From a virus (taxonomy: Duplodnaviria > Caudoviricetes): a DNA stretch of 64,000 nucleotides. The translations under genes were made by a program, and so were the position numbers. Numbering within the stretch: position 1 is the stretch's first letter; the number at the start of each line of letters is the position of its first letter. Shown here piece by piece: positions 37,598 to 46,699 of this stretch. The notes beneath the pieces were generated by a model. That model was not told where the DNA came from. It made no database searches and was given only the letters and a program-made list of their open reading frames with translations. The stretch lies in IMG/VR virus record IMGVR_UViG_3300044856_000241, positions 128,001 through 192,000 of that record, one strand, 5' to 3'.

Positions 37598-39262
37598 ATG
37601 GGATTAATATTACCACAAAAAGTAAATGTAAAATTAAATAGTAGCGCGATAAGCTATTATGAAAAATTAGGTTATACAATACCGCGTAGCAAAGATAAAG
37701 AAGGAAGACTTCGTGTTCCACAAAATACATTATTAGAAGTTGATGTTAATGATCTTTCAAAAGGATCTAATCAACGTGTAAATGTAGAGTGTGATTGTTG
37801 TAAAAAAGAAAAAAGAATTACATATAACAAATATAATTTAAATATAGAAAGAAATAATGGGTTATATATTTGTTCGTCAGATACAATACACAGAGATTTT
37901 AAAAATAATATATCTGTAGATAGTATTTTAGATAAAATAAAAGAATTTTATGAGCGTAACGGTAGATTTCCTAAAACTGACGAATATACAATAGAAAATG
38001 GTTTTAATTTTTCTTATTCAATTGTACGTGATCGATTAAGAAAAGAAAACACAACTCTCAACGATGAATTAGCTAAAATAGATTGTTTTGCTATATCAAA
38101 CGCAAATGTGAAATATTATGATATTTATTTTAATAAATTAAAAAATGTTATTTATGAAAATCCAGAGATAGGTAATAATCTTTATTTGCTTTCACGAGAA
38201 GATAATTGTAGTAAATTCGGATTACCGGATATTCGTTGGTTTATAAATAATTGCCCTGATGATACAGTAATCAACATTGACACATTTAAAAAATGGGCTG
38301 GATTATCTACAAAACACATGTCAAAAGAACAATGTAAAAAAATCATATTAGAAATGTCTAAAAATTTAAATAGACCTCTTATGTATGACGATTTTAGAGG
38401 ACACAATTATGGTCAAGTTACAATACAGATGATTCGTGATAATTGGGGTTCTTTGAATAAAATGAAAGAAGACATTGGACTAGAAAAAAATATTGAGTCG
38501 ATGATGGATAGACAATTATCAAAAGAATCATTTGATAAAATGGTTAATGATATATGCGATTTTGTTAAGAATGATAATCGTAATTTTATAACAACACGAG
38601 AAATTAATGCTCACAAAGAATGGGTAAATACAGAAACGTTGAGAAAAACTTCAAAAAAATACTATAATTGTACACTTAGAGAAATAATGAAAAAGCATGG
38701 AATTTCTTTTGGGAAACAAGGGTGTGGAATAAATTATATTTTCGATGATGGAGAACAAATTACAAGTCAATTTGAATATATGTTCTCAAATTTTTTAAAA
38801 GAATGTGGATTAAAATATAATTGTGATTATTTTAGAGACGTAAAATATTCAACTTTTATTAATGATTACCACGATAATATGAATTGCGATTATGTTATTC
38901 ACCATAAAGGAATCATAATTTATATTGAGATTGCCGGAATACTTTCCGAATATAAAAAATGGTATTATCAGAATAGGAAGATAACAAAAAGCAAACACAA
39001 AGAAAAATACCGTCAAAAATTATCTATAAAAGAATCTATGCTAAAATCTAATAATTTAATATACTTCATTTTATTTCCATGTGATTTAACAAGAGAAAAT
39101 TTTGAGTCTATATTAAATAACCCGTCTATTGAATTAAGAAAACAAATTGAACAATTTAATCAAAATAATATTGACTGGGTTAAAATCAGGAACACTACGG
39201 GAGAATTAGATTATTCGAAACCATATTTAAAAAATACATATAAAAAGAAGCGAATTAGTTAA
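37598..39262 (+). CDS. homing-endonuclease-like protein (Zn ribbon, helical repeats, C-terminal PD-(D/E)XK-like domain)
   Basis: YYEKLGY...DLSKGSNQRVNVECDCC; SQFEY..SNFL...NCDYVI...IYIEIAG; markedly AT-rich. Confidence 0.6.
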   Translation: MGLILPQKVNVKLNSSAISYYEKLGYTIPRSKDKEGRLRVPQNTLLEVDVNDLSKGSNQRVNVECDCCKKEKRITYNKYNLNIERNNGLYICSSDTIHRDFKNNISVDSILDKIKEFYERNGRFPKTDEYTIENGFNFSYSIVRDRLRKENTTLNDELAKIDCFAISNANVKYYDIYFNKLKNVIYENPEIGNNLYLLSREDNCSKFGLPDIRWFINNCPDDTVINIDTFKKWAGLSTKHMSKEQCKKIILEMSKNLNRPLMYDDFRGHNYGQVTIQMIRDNWGSLNKMKEDIGLEKNIESMMDRQLSKESFDKMVNDICDFVKNDNRNFITTREINAHKEWVNTETLRKTSKKYYNCTLREIMKKHGISFGKQGCGINYIFDDGEQITSQFEYMFSNFLKECGLKYNCDYFRDVKYSTFINDYHDNMNCDYVIHHKGIIIYIEIAGILSEYKKWYYQNRKITKSKHKEKYRQKLSIKESMLKSNNLIYFILFPCDLTRENFESILNNPSIELRKQIEQFNQNNIDWVKIRNTTGELDYSKPYLKNTYKKKRIS

Positions 39263-39309
39263 TATCAATATTTCGCTTTTTTGTTAAGAGAAAAAAGGAA
39301 GTGAGATTA

Positions 39310-40332
39310 TTGAACGGTAAGATTGCAGACAGATCAAACGAAATCACAGAAGAAGAATGGTTACAAGTTAATGAATTTAACAGAAGGATGGTTGACGATT
39401 ACCTCAGTAATCAGACACATCTTTCACCTCAGAGTTTAACTGCATACAAGAGCGCATTAAGGATATTCTTTGTATGGGTTAAAGATAATTTAAATAATAA
39501 AAATTGTATCGAAATTCGAAAGAAAGAATTTTTACGCTATATGAATTGGCTTGCTAATAGGGGTTTTTCTGAATCTGGAATTAAATTCAAAAAATCATCT
39601 GTTAGCGCATTTAACAAGTTTATTGAGAATTTTTATGACGAAGACTATCCTCTTTTTAGAAATTACGTCACAGCAGAAATGCAAGTACCCAAAACTGGAA
39701 AAGTATTTGCAAAAGAACCGCTAACTCCAGATGAATTAAAGCATTTATGTAATGTATTAGAAGAACGTGGAGAATGGCAAAAATTAGCTTATGTGAAATT
39801 TACATATTCAACCGGTTGTAGACGCGCGGAAAGTATGCAATTACTTAAAGAAGTTGTCAATTACGAGCCAAAACGAAAAATAGTTATAATTGTAGATGAA
39901 AATGGTAAAGAACAAGAAGCAGAATCTGTATCATATAAAACACATGAAATTCGCTGTAAGGGAAGAAGCTCTGTTGGTAAGGTGCGTAAACTTCAGTTTG
40001 GACAAGATGTTATGGATGCATTAAAGAAATGGCTTGAAGTACGAGGTGAAGATGATTGCCCATATATGTTTGTTGTAAAACAGAAAGATGGGGAAACACA
40101 CCAAGTAAGTAAAAGTGTTTTTAATGATTGGTGTATCGGAGAATTTTCCGAAATTGTGGGAAGGAGAACTACACCACATAACTTCCGGCGGAGTCGTGCA
40201 ACGAATCTAGTTTGTTATGATCATCGTGCTTTAGAAACGGCTCAAAAATTACTTGGGCATGAATCAAGCGAAACCACACAAATGTATGTAATTCGTGAAG
40301 ATTCAGAAGATGCTGATGAGGCTTTTATCTAA
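39310..40332 (+). CDS. tyrosine recombinase/integrase
   Basis: STGCRRAE, KG, PHNFRRSRAT, LLGHES, TQMY catalytic residues; TTG start after AAGGAAGTG. Confidence 0.92.
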   Translation: MNGKIADRSNEITEEEWLQVNEFNRRMVDDYLSNQTHLSPQSLTAYKSALRIFFVWVKDNLNNKNCIEIRKKEFLRYMNWLANRGFSESGIKFKKSSVSAFNKFIENFYDEDYPLFRNYVTAEMQVPKTGKVFAKEPLTPDELKHLCNVLEERGEWQKLAYVKFTYSTGCRRAESMQLLKEVVNYEPKRKIVIIVDENGKEQEAESVSYKTHEIRCKGRSSVGKVRKLQFGQDVMDALKKWLEVRGEDDCPYMFVVKQKDGETHQVSKSVFNDWCIGEFSEIVGRRTTPHNFRRSRATNLVCYDHRALETAQKLLGHESSETTQMYVIREDSEDADEAFI

Positions 40333-40446
40333 TCCCATAATTTTACTTATAATCAAAACTCCATACCCAAGTTTGTAAGGACGGCGTTGCGACGGCGTTC
40401 TAGTTTTGAGGGTGAATAAGAAGAGGCATTACTTCTCTTCTATTAC

Positions 40447-40534
40447 TGGTAGGTATGCAAATGGCTGAAGCAAGCGGACTGTAACTCCGTGACCCGCGTG
40501 GTAAACATTGTGAGTTCAAATCTCACCCTCCCAA
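40447..40534 (+). tRNA. tRNA-Tyr(GTA)
   Basis: GCGGA-CTGTAAC-TCCGT; long variable arm; GTGAG-TTCAAAT-CTCAC; one acceptor mismatch. Confidence 0.85.
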
Positions 40535-40560
40535 TAAAAAAAGAAGCATCTCTGCTTCTC
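40535..40560 (-). terminator. terminator of the small-peptide transcript
   Basis: AGAAGCA-GAGA-TGCTTCT plus T run on - strand. Confidence 0.65.
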
Positions 40561-40621
40561 TTCTATCTATAACAAATCTTATGTAAGAAATTATAATCCC
40601 ACCAAGCTCAACAGAAAAGTG

Positions 40622-40702
40622 TTAGTTCATAAAAGTATGTACAACTTCCAGCACTAATGTTAGTGCTTTTAGCCCTAAGATGATAACTGTTAACTTCATC
40701 AT
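40622..40702 (-). CDS. 26-aa hydrophobic peptide, type I toxin-like
   Basis: MMKLTVIILGLKALTLVLEVVHTFMN; GAGGAGGTG SD; promoter upstream and terminator downstream. Confidence 0.65.
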   Translation of the reverse strand: MMKLTVIILGLKALTLVLEVVHTFMN

Positions 40703-40858
40703 CTCAGACCACCTCCTCTCGTTGAACGAAAAGTGATGTGTACGAGCCGGCACTTGCCATAAACGGCGACCGTAATTAATCTCTGTATGTTGCTCGTCTT
40801 ACCATGGGTGCTGTAACACCCTGAATCCTTTTGGGATTCTCGACCTCACTAAAAGAAA

Positions 40859-40887
40859 ATAATACTATTTATATAGGTATTTGTCAA
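40859..40887 (-). promoter_or_regulatory. SigA promoter for the small peptide
   Basis: TTGACA-17-TATTAT. Confidence 0.7.
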
Positions 40888-40899
40888 TAGATAGTTTTT

Positions 40900-40957
40900 G
40901 GTGTGCTGCCACCATAATGCAGAACTATATAACGGTGTCCCACTACCATAAAGGTGG
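40900..40957 (+). ncRNA. two tandem ToxI-like H-type pseudoknots (34-nt period)
   Basis: GGTG-TG-CTGC-CACC-ATAAT-GCAG and GGTG-TC-CCAC-TACC-ATAAAG-GTGG; stems preserved by compensatory changes. Confidence 0.6.
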
Positions 40958-40966
40958 ATTATGTTT

Positions 40967-40998
40967 AGCCAGGATTTATACAGTTCTGGCTCTTTTTA
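40967..40998 (+). terminator. intrinsic terminator after the pseudoknot repeats
   Basis: AGCCAGGA/TTCTGGCT stem plus T run. Confidence 0.6.
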
Positions 40999-40999
40999 T

Positions 41000-41081
41000 G
41001 CTGCATGTCCGGGTGGTGAGGAAGTGGTCTTGAAAACCATTGGCTGTTAAAGGCTTGCAAGTTCAAATCTTGTGTGCAGCG
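41000..41081 (+). tRNA. tRNA-Ser(TGA), non-canonical acceptor/D junction
   Basis: GCTGCAT/GTGCAGC; GTGGT-CTTGAAA-ACCAT; variable arm; GCAAG-TTCAAAT-CTTGT; G discriminator. Confidence 0.8.
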
Positions 41082-41089
41082 TTTTTCAT

Positions 41090-41172
41090 GCGGGAAGCCT
41101 GATGTCAAAAAGTAGATGTGCTCGGATGCATACAATGAGTACTACTCTGTGGGTTCATCACCTACTCCCGCC
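41090..41172 (+). pseudogene. tRNA-like element / degenerate tRNA
   Basis: GCGGGA/TCCCGC acceptor, GTGGG-TTCATCA-CCTAC T-arm, variable hairpin; no canonical D-arm or 7-nt anticodon loop. Confidence 0.5.
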
Positions 41173-41176
41173 CTAC

Positions 41177-41249
41177 GGCTCCGTGGTCTAGCGGTTACGA
41201 CACATCCCTTTCAAGGATGTAATGCTGAGTTCGATTCTCGCCGGAGTCA
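41177..41249 (+). tRNA. tRNA-Glu(TTC)
   Basis: GGCTCCG/CGGAGTC; CATCC-CTTTCAA-GGATG; T-stem with one bulged T. Confidence 0.9.
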
Positions 41250-41295
41250 TTATATAAAATACGAAAATAAAACAACGAAAGGGGTGGAATAAAAA

Positions 41296-42039
41296 TTGGC
41301 ATTATCGTTCAAAGATTCTATGAGAATGCAAAATGTGGAAAATATCTCTGCTGTTACTCTTGATAATGATGCAGCATTATATTCTTTACCAGAAGTATAT
41401 ACAGAAGACGAATTCCAAAAGAGTGATAAATATAAATGGTACGATGATTATAGTGATAACGACATCTGCACAATTGATTCACAGAAAAATATTCACATCA
41501 ATTCAAATCAGATCAATATAACACAAGAATCTAATTCTCAGTACATCCCATTTCAAATGCCTAGATATTACGACGGGATGGATTTAATGAAAATGGTTAT
41601 TACAATCCATTATTGTACATCTCAAGGGTATGAAAATTATAAAGATCCTATTAATGTCTCATATAGTAGCGATACGATTAAATTTGGATGGCTTATTGAT
41701 AAAAATGCTACGGCACACGAAGGTATCTTACAGTTTGAAGTACATGCTACAGGTGTAAATTCGCACGAAGATGAATATCTATGGATCACAAAAATAAATA
41801 ATCAATTAACAATTCTTAAATCTTTACATGGAAATGGTGTTACAGAGCCAGACCAATCATGGACTAACTCTTTTTTTGAACAAATTAACGAAAAGGTAGG
41901 TGAAGCGCAAAAATATGCAAAACAGGCAGAAACTGCTGCCACTACTGCGGCTGAAAAAGCAGCAAAAAAATTAAAAGACGAAATCGGTAATTCAACAATT
42001 ATAAATATAGATTTAATTTCAGGTGGAAATTCTAAATAA
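41296..42039 (+). CDS. BppU-like baseplate/fibre anchor protein
   Basis: ESNSQYIPFQMPRYYDGMDL...FGWLID..AT..G.LQFEV pattern; TTG start. Confidence 0.65.
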   Translation: MALSFKDSMRMQNVENISAVTLDNDAALYSLPEVYTEDEFQKSDKYKWYDDYSDNDICTIDSQKNIHINSNQINITQESNSQYIPFQMPRYYDGMDLMKMVITIHYCTSQGYENYKDPINVSYSSDTIKFGWLIDKNATAHEGILQFEVHATGVNSHEDEYLWITKINNQLTILKSLHGNGVTEPDQSWTNSFFEQINEKVGEAQKYAKQAETAATTAAEKAAKKLKDEIGNSTIINIDLISGGNSK

Positions 42040-42073
42040 ACAATAACTAAAGAAAGGAGGAAGAAACGGATCA

Positions 42074-42754
42074 ATGTATACTATTTTGATTAAATCAAAT
42101 AATGAAATGATTGTAAGTACGCCAGAACAGAGAATTATGCAAAGAAGTAAACTTGTTGATACACTTCATTTTCTCACTGCGCCTACATATAACGGATTAG
42201 ATATGTCTACTTGCACTTTATTATTAGAATACAAACTTCCGGTAAGTCAAGAACCACACTCCGAAATTCTCACCCTTTCTAATGATTTATATAAAGAAAA
42301 TCTCGAATACAAACTGCCATTAGATACCTCTATAACAAAAGAGGCTGGAAGAGTCGAGATGCAAGTTACTTTTCTGAAAAATGAAATGAATTCAGATGGA
42401 AGTGTTTCTCAATATACAAGAAAAATAAGTCCTTGTTTTGTAAATATTATTTCTGTTGCTGCATGGAGTAATATGGTGCCTGATGCTGAGTTAGCTGCTA
42501 TTGATCAACGAATTCTTAAATTAGATGCTATCGCAAATCAATTAAGTGAAATGCAAGATGTAACATTCGAAACAAAAGCAGACGACATTTCGTATGAAAA
42601 CAATACAATTCAACTACTTGCAAACGGCAAAAAGATTGGCACAAGCCATGTTCTTGATCAGCAAGAAGAAATGGATATTATTGAATTTGGGGATAATGGG
42701 GACGAAAATCCTGATAGTCCAAATGATGATGACCATACATTAGTGGAATTCTAA
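42074..42754 (+). CDS. BppU-like fibre anchor protein
   Basis: IMQRSKLVD.L.F...YNGLDM...YKLP....ITKEAGRVEMQVTF. Confidence 0.6.
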   Translation: MYTILIKSNNEMIVSTPEQRIMQRSKLVDTLHFLTAPTYNGLDMSTCTLLLEYKLPVSQEPHSEILTLSNDLYKENLEYKLPLDTSITKEAGRVEMQVTFLKNEMNSDGSVSQYTRKISPCFVNIISVAAWSNMVPDAELAAIDQRILKLDAIANQLSEMQDVTFETKADDISYENNTIQLLANGKKIGTSHVLDQQEEMDIIEFGDNGDENPDSPNDDDHTLVEF

Positions 42755-42776
42755 ATTACGGAAAGGGCGAAAATAT

Positions 42777-44723
42777 ATGGCAAAGAAAAAGTATAAACTT
42801 GGTTGGGGAGAGGAAAATAAAATTACTTCTGCTATCCAAAATGGTTTATTGGATGGCGGGGATCTTGTTATTACAAAAGACACTAAACGGATTGCATTTA
42901 TTGATCCGAACGAAAATCTTGTTCATTTTTTAAAAAACAGATTGATAACTTTTGATAATCTGGAAGATGCAAAATCTTATGCTAATACAAACAAAGATGC
43001 TTATGCCGGTGAATTAATATCTGTATTAATTGGAGATAAACAAAAAACTTATCGGCTACAAAATGCTGAAACAGGATATTCTATTGAAGATATTGATTCT
43101 GCTATAGATAATTTAAAACAATATGTACAGGTTGTTGACGTTTTCCCTGAAATCGGACAAGAAGAAGGAATTATTTATATATCTAATACAATTGGAAAAA
43201 TATGGACAGGAACAGAATGGCGCACAATATTTGAAGATATTACTCCAATTAAAGAAGAATTAGATAAAAAGGCTCCATTAAATAATCCTGAATTTTCTGG
43301 GATTATTAAAGTAGACGGTGAAGAGGTTGCTCTTAAATCATACGTAGAACAATTAGTTACAAACTTACCGTCTCAGATTCCCGGTACGGTAGATTCAAAA
43401 AATCAATTACCTGAATCAAATTATAAAGCTGGTCAAACATGGCGTGTTGTTGAAGATGGTATATATGCAGGACAAACATGTGAGATTGGTGATTTAATTA
43501 TTTGTGTAAATGATTGCGCAGGTAATTATTCTGATGATGACTTTATTATTGTCCAGGCAAATATTTCTGGAGCAGTCACCGGAACAGACTCTTCTGCTGA
43601 TGGAGAAATTGTTATTTTTTCTGGTGTATCCGGCAAGGCGATTAGAAACTCTGGTATTAATATTGATGTTGTTGAAGATTTAATATCAAAATCACATGAA
43701 CATGCTAATAAAGAAATTCTGGATACGTACACAAAAACAGAAGAACAACTGTTGCAGGAAGCTGAAGATACAGTATATGCAGTATACGAAGATATTAGAA
43801 ACAGATTAGTTCATACAGAGCCGTATGTAGAAGGTAATTATTTATATGCAAATGGACATGGATTGATTATTGAAGCAGTAGACGAAAATACAAACAAAGC
43901 TATTTATTATCTAAGTGGACAAAAGAAAGAACTTACTTTTAAGACAGATGGTGTAATTATTGGTGGTGCAAAAGATGATAACTGTCACTCATCTTCTATC
44001 ATTATGAATAGTGGTAACGTCGGAATTATTCATGGCGGTTCGTTTGGTAATGGAGATGTTGCAGAGTCAAACATTGTAATTAATGGTGGAACAATCGAAT
44101 GCATTTATGGTGGTGGACATCCAGAATTAAATATCCAGAAATATGCTAATCACACAGGATATGCGAAAATCATTGTAAATAATGTTTCTGGTACATGTCA
44201 AATTTTTGGTGGCGGATATAGTTATGCTACAACTGGCTCTGCTGAAATTATTGTTAATAAAGGTAATTTTTCATATGTCACAGCTGGAGGTTCAAATGGA
44301 TATACAGCAAATGGCTCGATTGAAATTAATGACGGAATTATTCAGTGTGTGCAGTCTGTTAATCGTGGATCGATAGGTCATGCTGTAATAAAAATCAATG
44401 GTGGAACTTGTGCTGGATTATATGCAGGTGTAGAGCCTGGTGGTGAAGCAACTGGTTCTTTTGGACATACAGAACTATATCTTCTTGGTGGAGAAATTCA
44501 GAAATTAGCAAAAGGACTGAATAATAATGTTGAAGATTATGACACAACAGAATGTGTGTCTGGTGAATATCGAGCATCTGTAGTAAGCCAGTCAGAAGCA
44601 GATGCAATCGGTTTAAAACTTACGTCTGAAATCACTCGTACTGATATTGATTATGCAAAAGACCAGGCAATTGCAGAAGCAAAAACATATATAAACTCCT
44701 CTCTCACTTTAGTTGAATTTTAA
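42777..44723 (+). CDS. fibre-associated protein with Gly-rich beta-solenoid repeats
   Basis: KAPLNNPEFSG fibre motif; GQTCEIGDLII; repeated I.INGG....YGGG units. Confidence 0.65.
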   Translation: MAKKKYKLGWGEENKITSAIQNGLLDGGDLVITKDTKRIAFIDPNENLVHFLKNRLITFDNLEDAKSYANTNKDAYAGELISVLIGDKQKTYRLQNAETGYSIEDIDSAIDNLKQYVQVVDVFPEIGQEEGIIYISNTIGKIWTGTEWRTIFEDITPIKEELDKKAPLNNPEFSGIIKVDGEEVALKSYVEQLVTNLPSQIPGTVDSKNQLPESNYKAGQTWRVVEDGIYAGQTCEIGDLIICVNDCAGNYSDDDFIIVQANISGAVTGTDSSADGEIVIFSGVSGKAIRNSGINIDVVEDLISKSHEHANKEILDTYTKTEEQLLQEAEDTVYAVYEDIRNRLVHTEPYVEGNYLYANGHGLIIEAVDENTNKAIYYLSGQKKELTFKTDGVIIGGAKDDNCHSSSIIMNSGNVGIIHGGSFGNGDVAESNIVINGGTIECIYGGGHPELNIQKYANHTGYAKIIVNNVSGTCQIFGGGYSYATTGSAEIIVNKGNFSYVTAGGSNGYTANGSIEINDGIIQCVQSVNRGSIGHAVIKINGGTCAGLYAGVEPGGEATGSFGHTELYLLGGEIQKLAKGLNNNVEDYDTTECVSGEYRASVVSQSEADAIGLKLTSEITRTDIDYAKDQAIAEAKTYINSSLTLVEF

Positions 44724-44736
44724 CGGGGTGGACATA

Positions 44737-45189
44737 ATGGAAAACAAAATTATTTCAGTGATTGGTACAGTGTCTAGTAGACTTCCTGACTTACCAATCA
44801 AAGATGGACAAATTGTATTTGTTAAAGATAAAAAGAAAGTTGCTCTTGACCTTGACGGGAAAAGAACTTTTTACAATGAAATTGTCACATTTGATAATGA
44901 CAATGAACGATTAGATTTATTGGCACCCATTAATGGGTGTTTTTATTTTGTCGTAAAAACTGCTGTGCTTTGGACTTATCAAAATAAATGGATTCAGGTT
45001 ACTACTTCACCGGAAGAAGTTGTATTTTTTGGTACAGAAATCCCTGAGTTGGGCAAAGCAAATATTCTATATGTAAATAAAAATAAAAAAAATATATCTG
45101 TTTGGGACAATGATACGAATTCCTATGTTGTTGTAGGTGAAGCTGTTGATTTGGTCACAAATGATGATATAGATAAATTTTTTAAGTAA
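44737..45189 (+). CDS. fibre adaptor protein
   Basis: LPIKDGQIVFVKD N-terminus; VTNDDIDKFF C-terminus. Confidence 0.6.
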   Translation: MENKIISVIGTVSSRLPDLPIKDGQIVFVKDKKKVALDLDGKRTFYNEIVTFDNDNERLDLLAPINGCFYFVVKTAVLWTYQNKWIQVTTSPEEVVFFGTEIPELGKANILYVNKNKKNISVWDNDTNSYVVVGEAVDLVTNDDIDKFFK

Positions 45190-45201
45190 AGGAGAAAAAT
45201 A

Positions 45202-46299
45202 ATGGCTGAAACAATTAAAAAATATGTTGATCAGGCGGCACTTGAACATCTTATTGAGAAATTAGGGGTGCGTGAGGATACAAAAGATGCTGAAATTCTT
45301 AAACAGGGCAAGGCATATTCTGATTCTCTCGCAACAAACTACGATCCGGCTGGGACTGCTGAGACAAAAGTAAATGATCTCGCTAATGGTCAGGTAAAAA
45401 CAAATACAGATGCCATCACAAAATTAAATGGTGGTACAGATGTTGAAGGTTCTGTAGATAAGAAAGTTGCTGATATGGCAACAACTATCCGCGGAGAAAT
45501 TACAGCAAATAAGTATGATGACTCTGCTTTAAAAGCTCGTGTAAGTGCTAACGAGACAGCTATCGGTGTTCTTAATGGAGAAGGCGTTGGTTCTGTTAAG
45601 AAAACTGTTGCAGATGCTGTTGCAGCAATTGTTAATGAAGCACCAGAAGCATATGACACATTAAAAGAGATTAGTGATTGGATTTCCGGACATGAAACAG
45701 ATGCTGCTGGAATGAACAGTTCTATCAAAGCTAATAAAGCTTCTATTGATGCATTAACCACATTAGTTGGTAAACTGCCAGAGGGAGAAGACAGTAAAAC
45801 TATTGTTGATTACATTGACAAAAAAGTTGGTTCTGTAGACTTCTCTGAGGCAATTGCCACAGCTAAAAAAGAAGCAACTGAAGCAGCTGCTTTAGATGCT
45901 ACAACAAAAGCAAACAAGGCTTTGAGCGATGCAAAGACATATGCTGATGGTCTTGCAAAAAATTATGCTACAGCAGCACAGGGAGCAAAAGCTGATTCTG
46001 CTGTACAGAAAGCTGACGTAGAAAGCGGCAAAACAAACGGTACTATCAAAGTACAGGATAAAGAAGTTGCCGTAAAAGGTCTTGGTTCTGCAGCATTTAC
46101 TGCTACTACTGAATACGAAAAGGCTGGAGCTGTTGCTGCTCTTGAAGCAGGACAGGTTGCAACAAATAAAACTAATATTGCTGCAAACACAACAGAAATT
46201 ACAAATGCAAAAGCAAGAATTCAGGCACTCGAAGATATCAAATTTGTTGCTATGACAAATGAAGAAATCGATGCTTGTTTTGCACCTAAAGCTGAGTAA
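45202..46299 (+). CDS. Ala-rich coiled-coil fibre protein
   Basis: APEAYDTLKEISDWI, GLGSAAF, ATAAQGAKAD fibre motifs. Confidence 0.75.
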   Translation: MAETIKKYVDQAALEHLIEKLGVREDTKDAEILKQGKAYSDSLATNYDPAGTAETKVNDLANGQVKTNTDAITKLNGGTDVEGSVDKKVADMATTIRGEITANKYDDSALKARVSANETAIGVLNGEGVGSVKKTVADAVAAIVNEAPEAYDTLKEISDWISGHETDAAGMNSSIKANKASIDALTTLVGKLPEGEDSKTIVDYIDKKVGSVDFSEAIATAKKEATEAAALDATTKANKALSDAKTYADGLAKNYATAAQGAKADSAVQKADVESGKTNGTIKVQDKEVAVKGLGSAAFTATTEYEKAGAVAALEAGQVATNKTNIAANTTEITNAKARIQALEDIKFVAMTNEEIDACFAPKAE

Positions 46300-46358
46300 T
46301 ATATATTTATGTATTAGCGGTGTAAAACCACCGTTAATACATTTTGGAGGGCAATTTA

Positions 46359-46676
46359 GTGGAAAGAAAATATCTTGATTTAGAAGGTCTTGAAAGGCTT
46401 GTTGAAAATAGCAAAGATTTATTTTCAAATAAAAAACATACACATATTACCTCCGATATATCTGGTTTAAATGATATTTTAGATTCATTGATAGAAAGAC
46501 AGTCATATGCAGGTATCATTAATTTTCCGAATGTCGGGAAGCCTGGAAATATATATATAGACACTCTAGCAAATAAATCATATCGATGGGATGATACTGA
46601 TCTTAAATATTATTGTATTGGTAGTAATTATAATGATATTAATTTAATTATATGTGGAGACTCTACAGACTTGTAG
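46359..46676 (+). CDS. fibre adaptor protein
   Basis: KYLDLEGL N-terminus, HTH.TSDISGL, FPNVGKPGNIYID...YRWD; GTG start. Confidence 0.65.
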   Translation: MERKYLDLEGLERLVENSKDLFSNKKHTHITSDISGLNDILDSLIERQSYAGIINFPNVGKPGNIYIDTLANKSYRWDDTDLKYYCIGSNYNDINLIICGDSTDL

Positions 46677-46699
46677 AGTCTTTTTTAATTGGAGGAATT

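Noticed and set aside
39310-40534. Integrase next to a tRNA as a prophage boundary (attL/attR)
   Set aside because: Phage genes continue on both sides, the tRNAs are divergent phage-type copies, and I saw no duplicated tRNA 3' end
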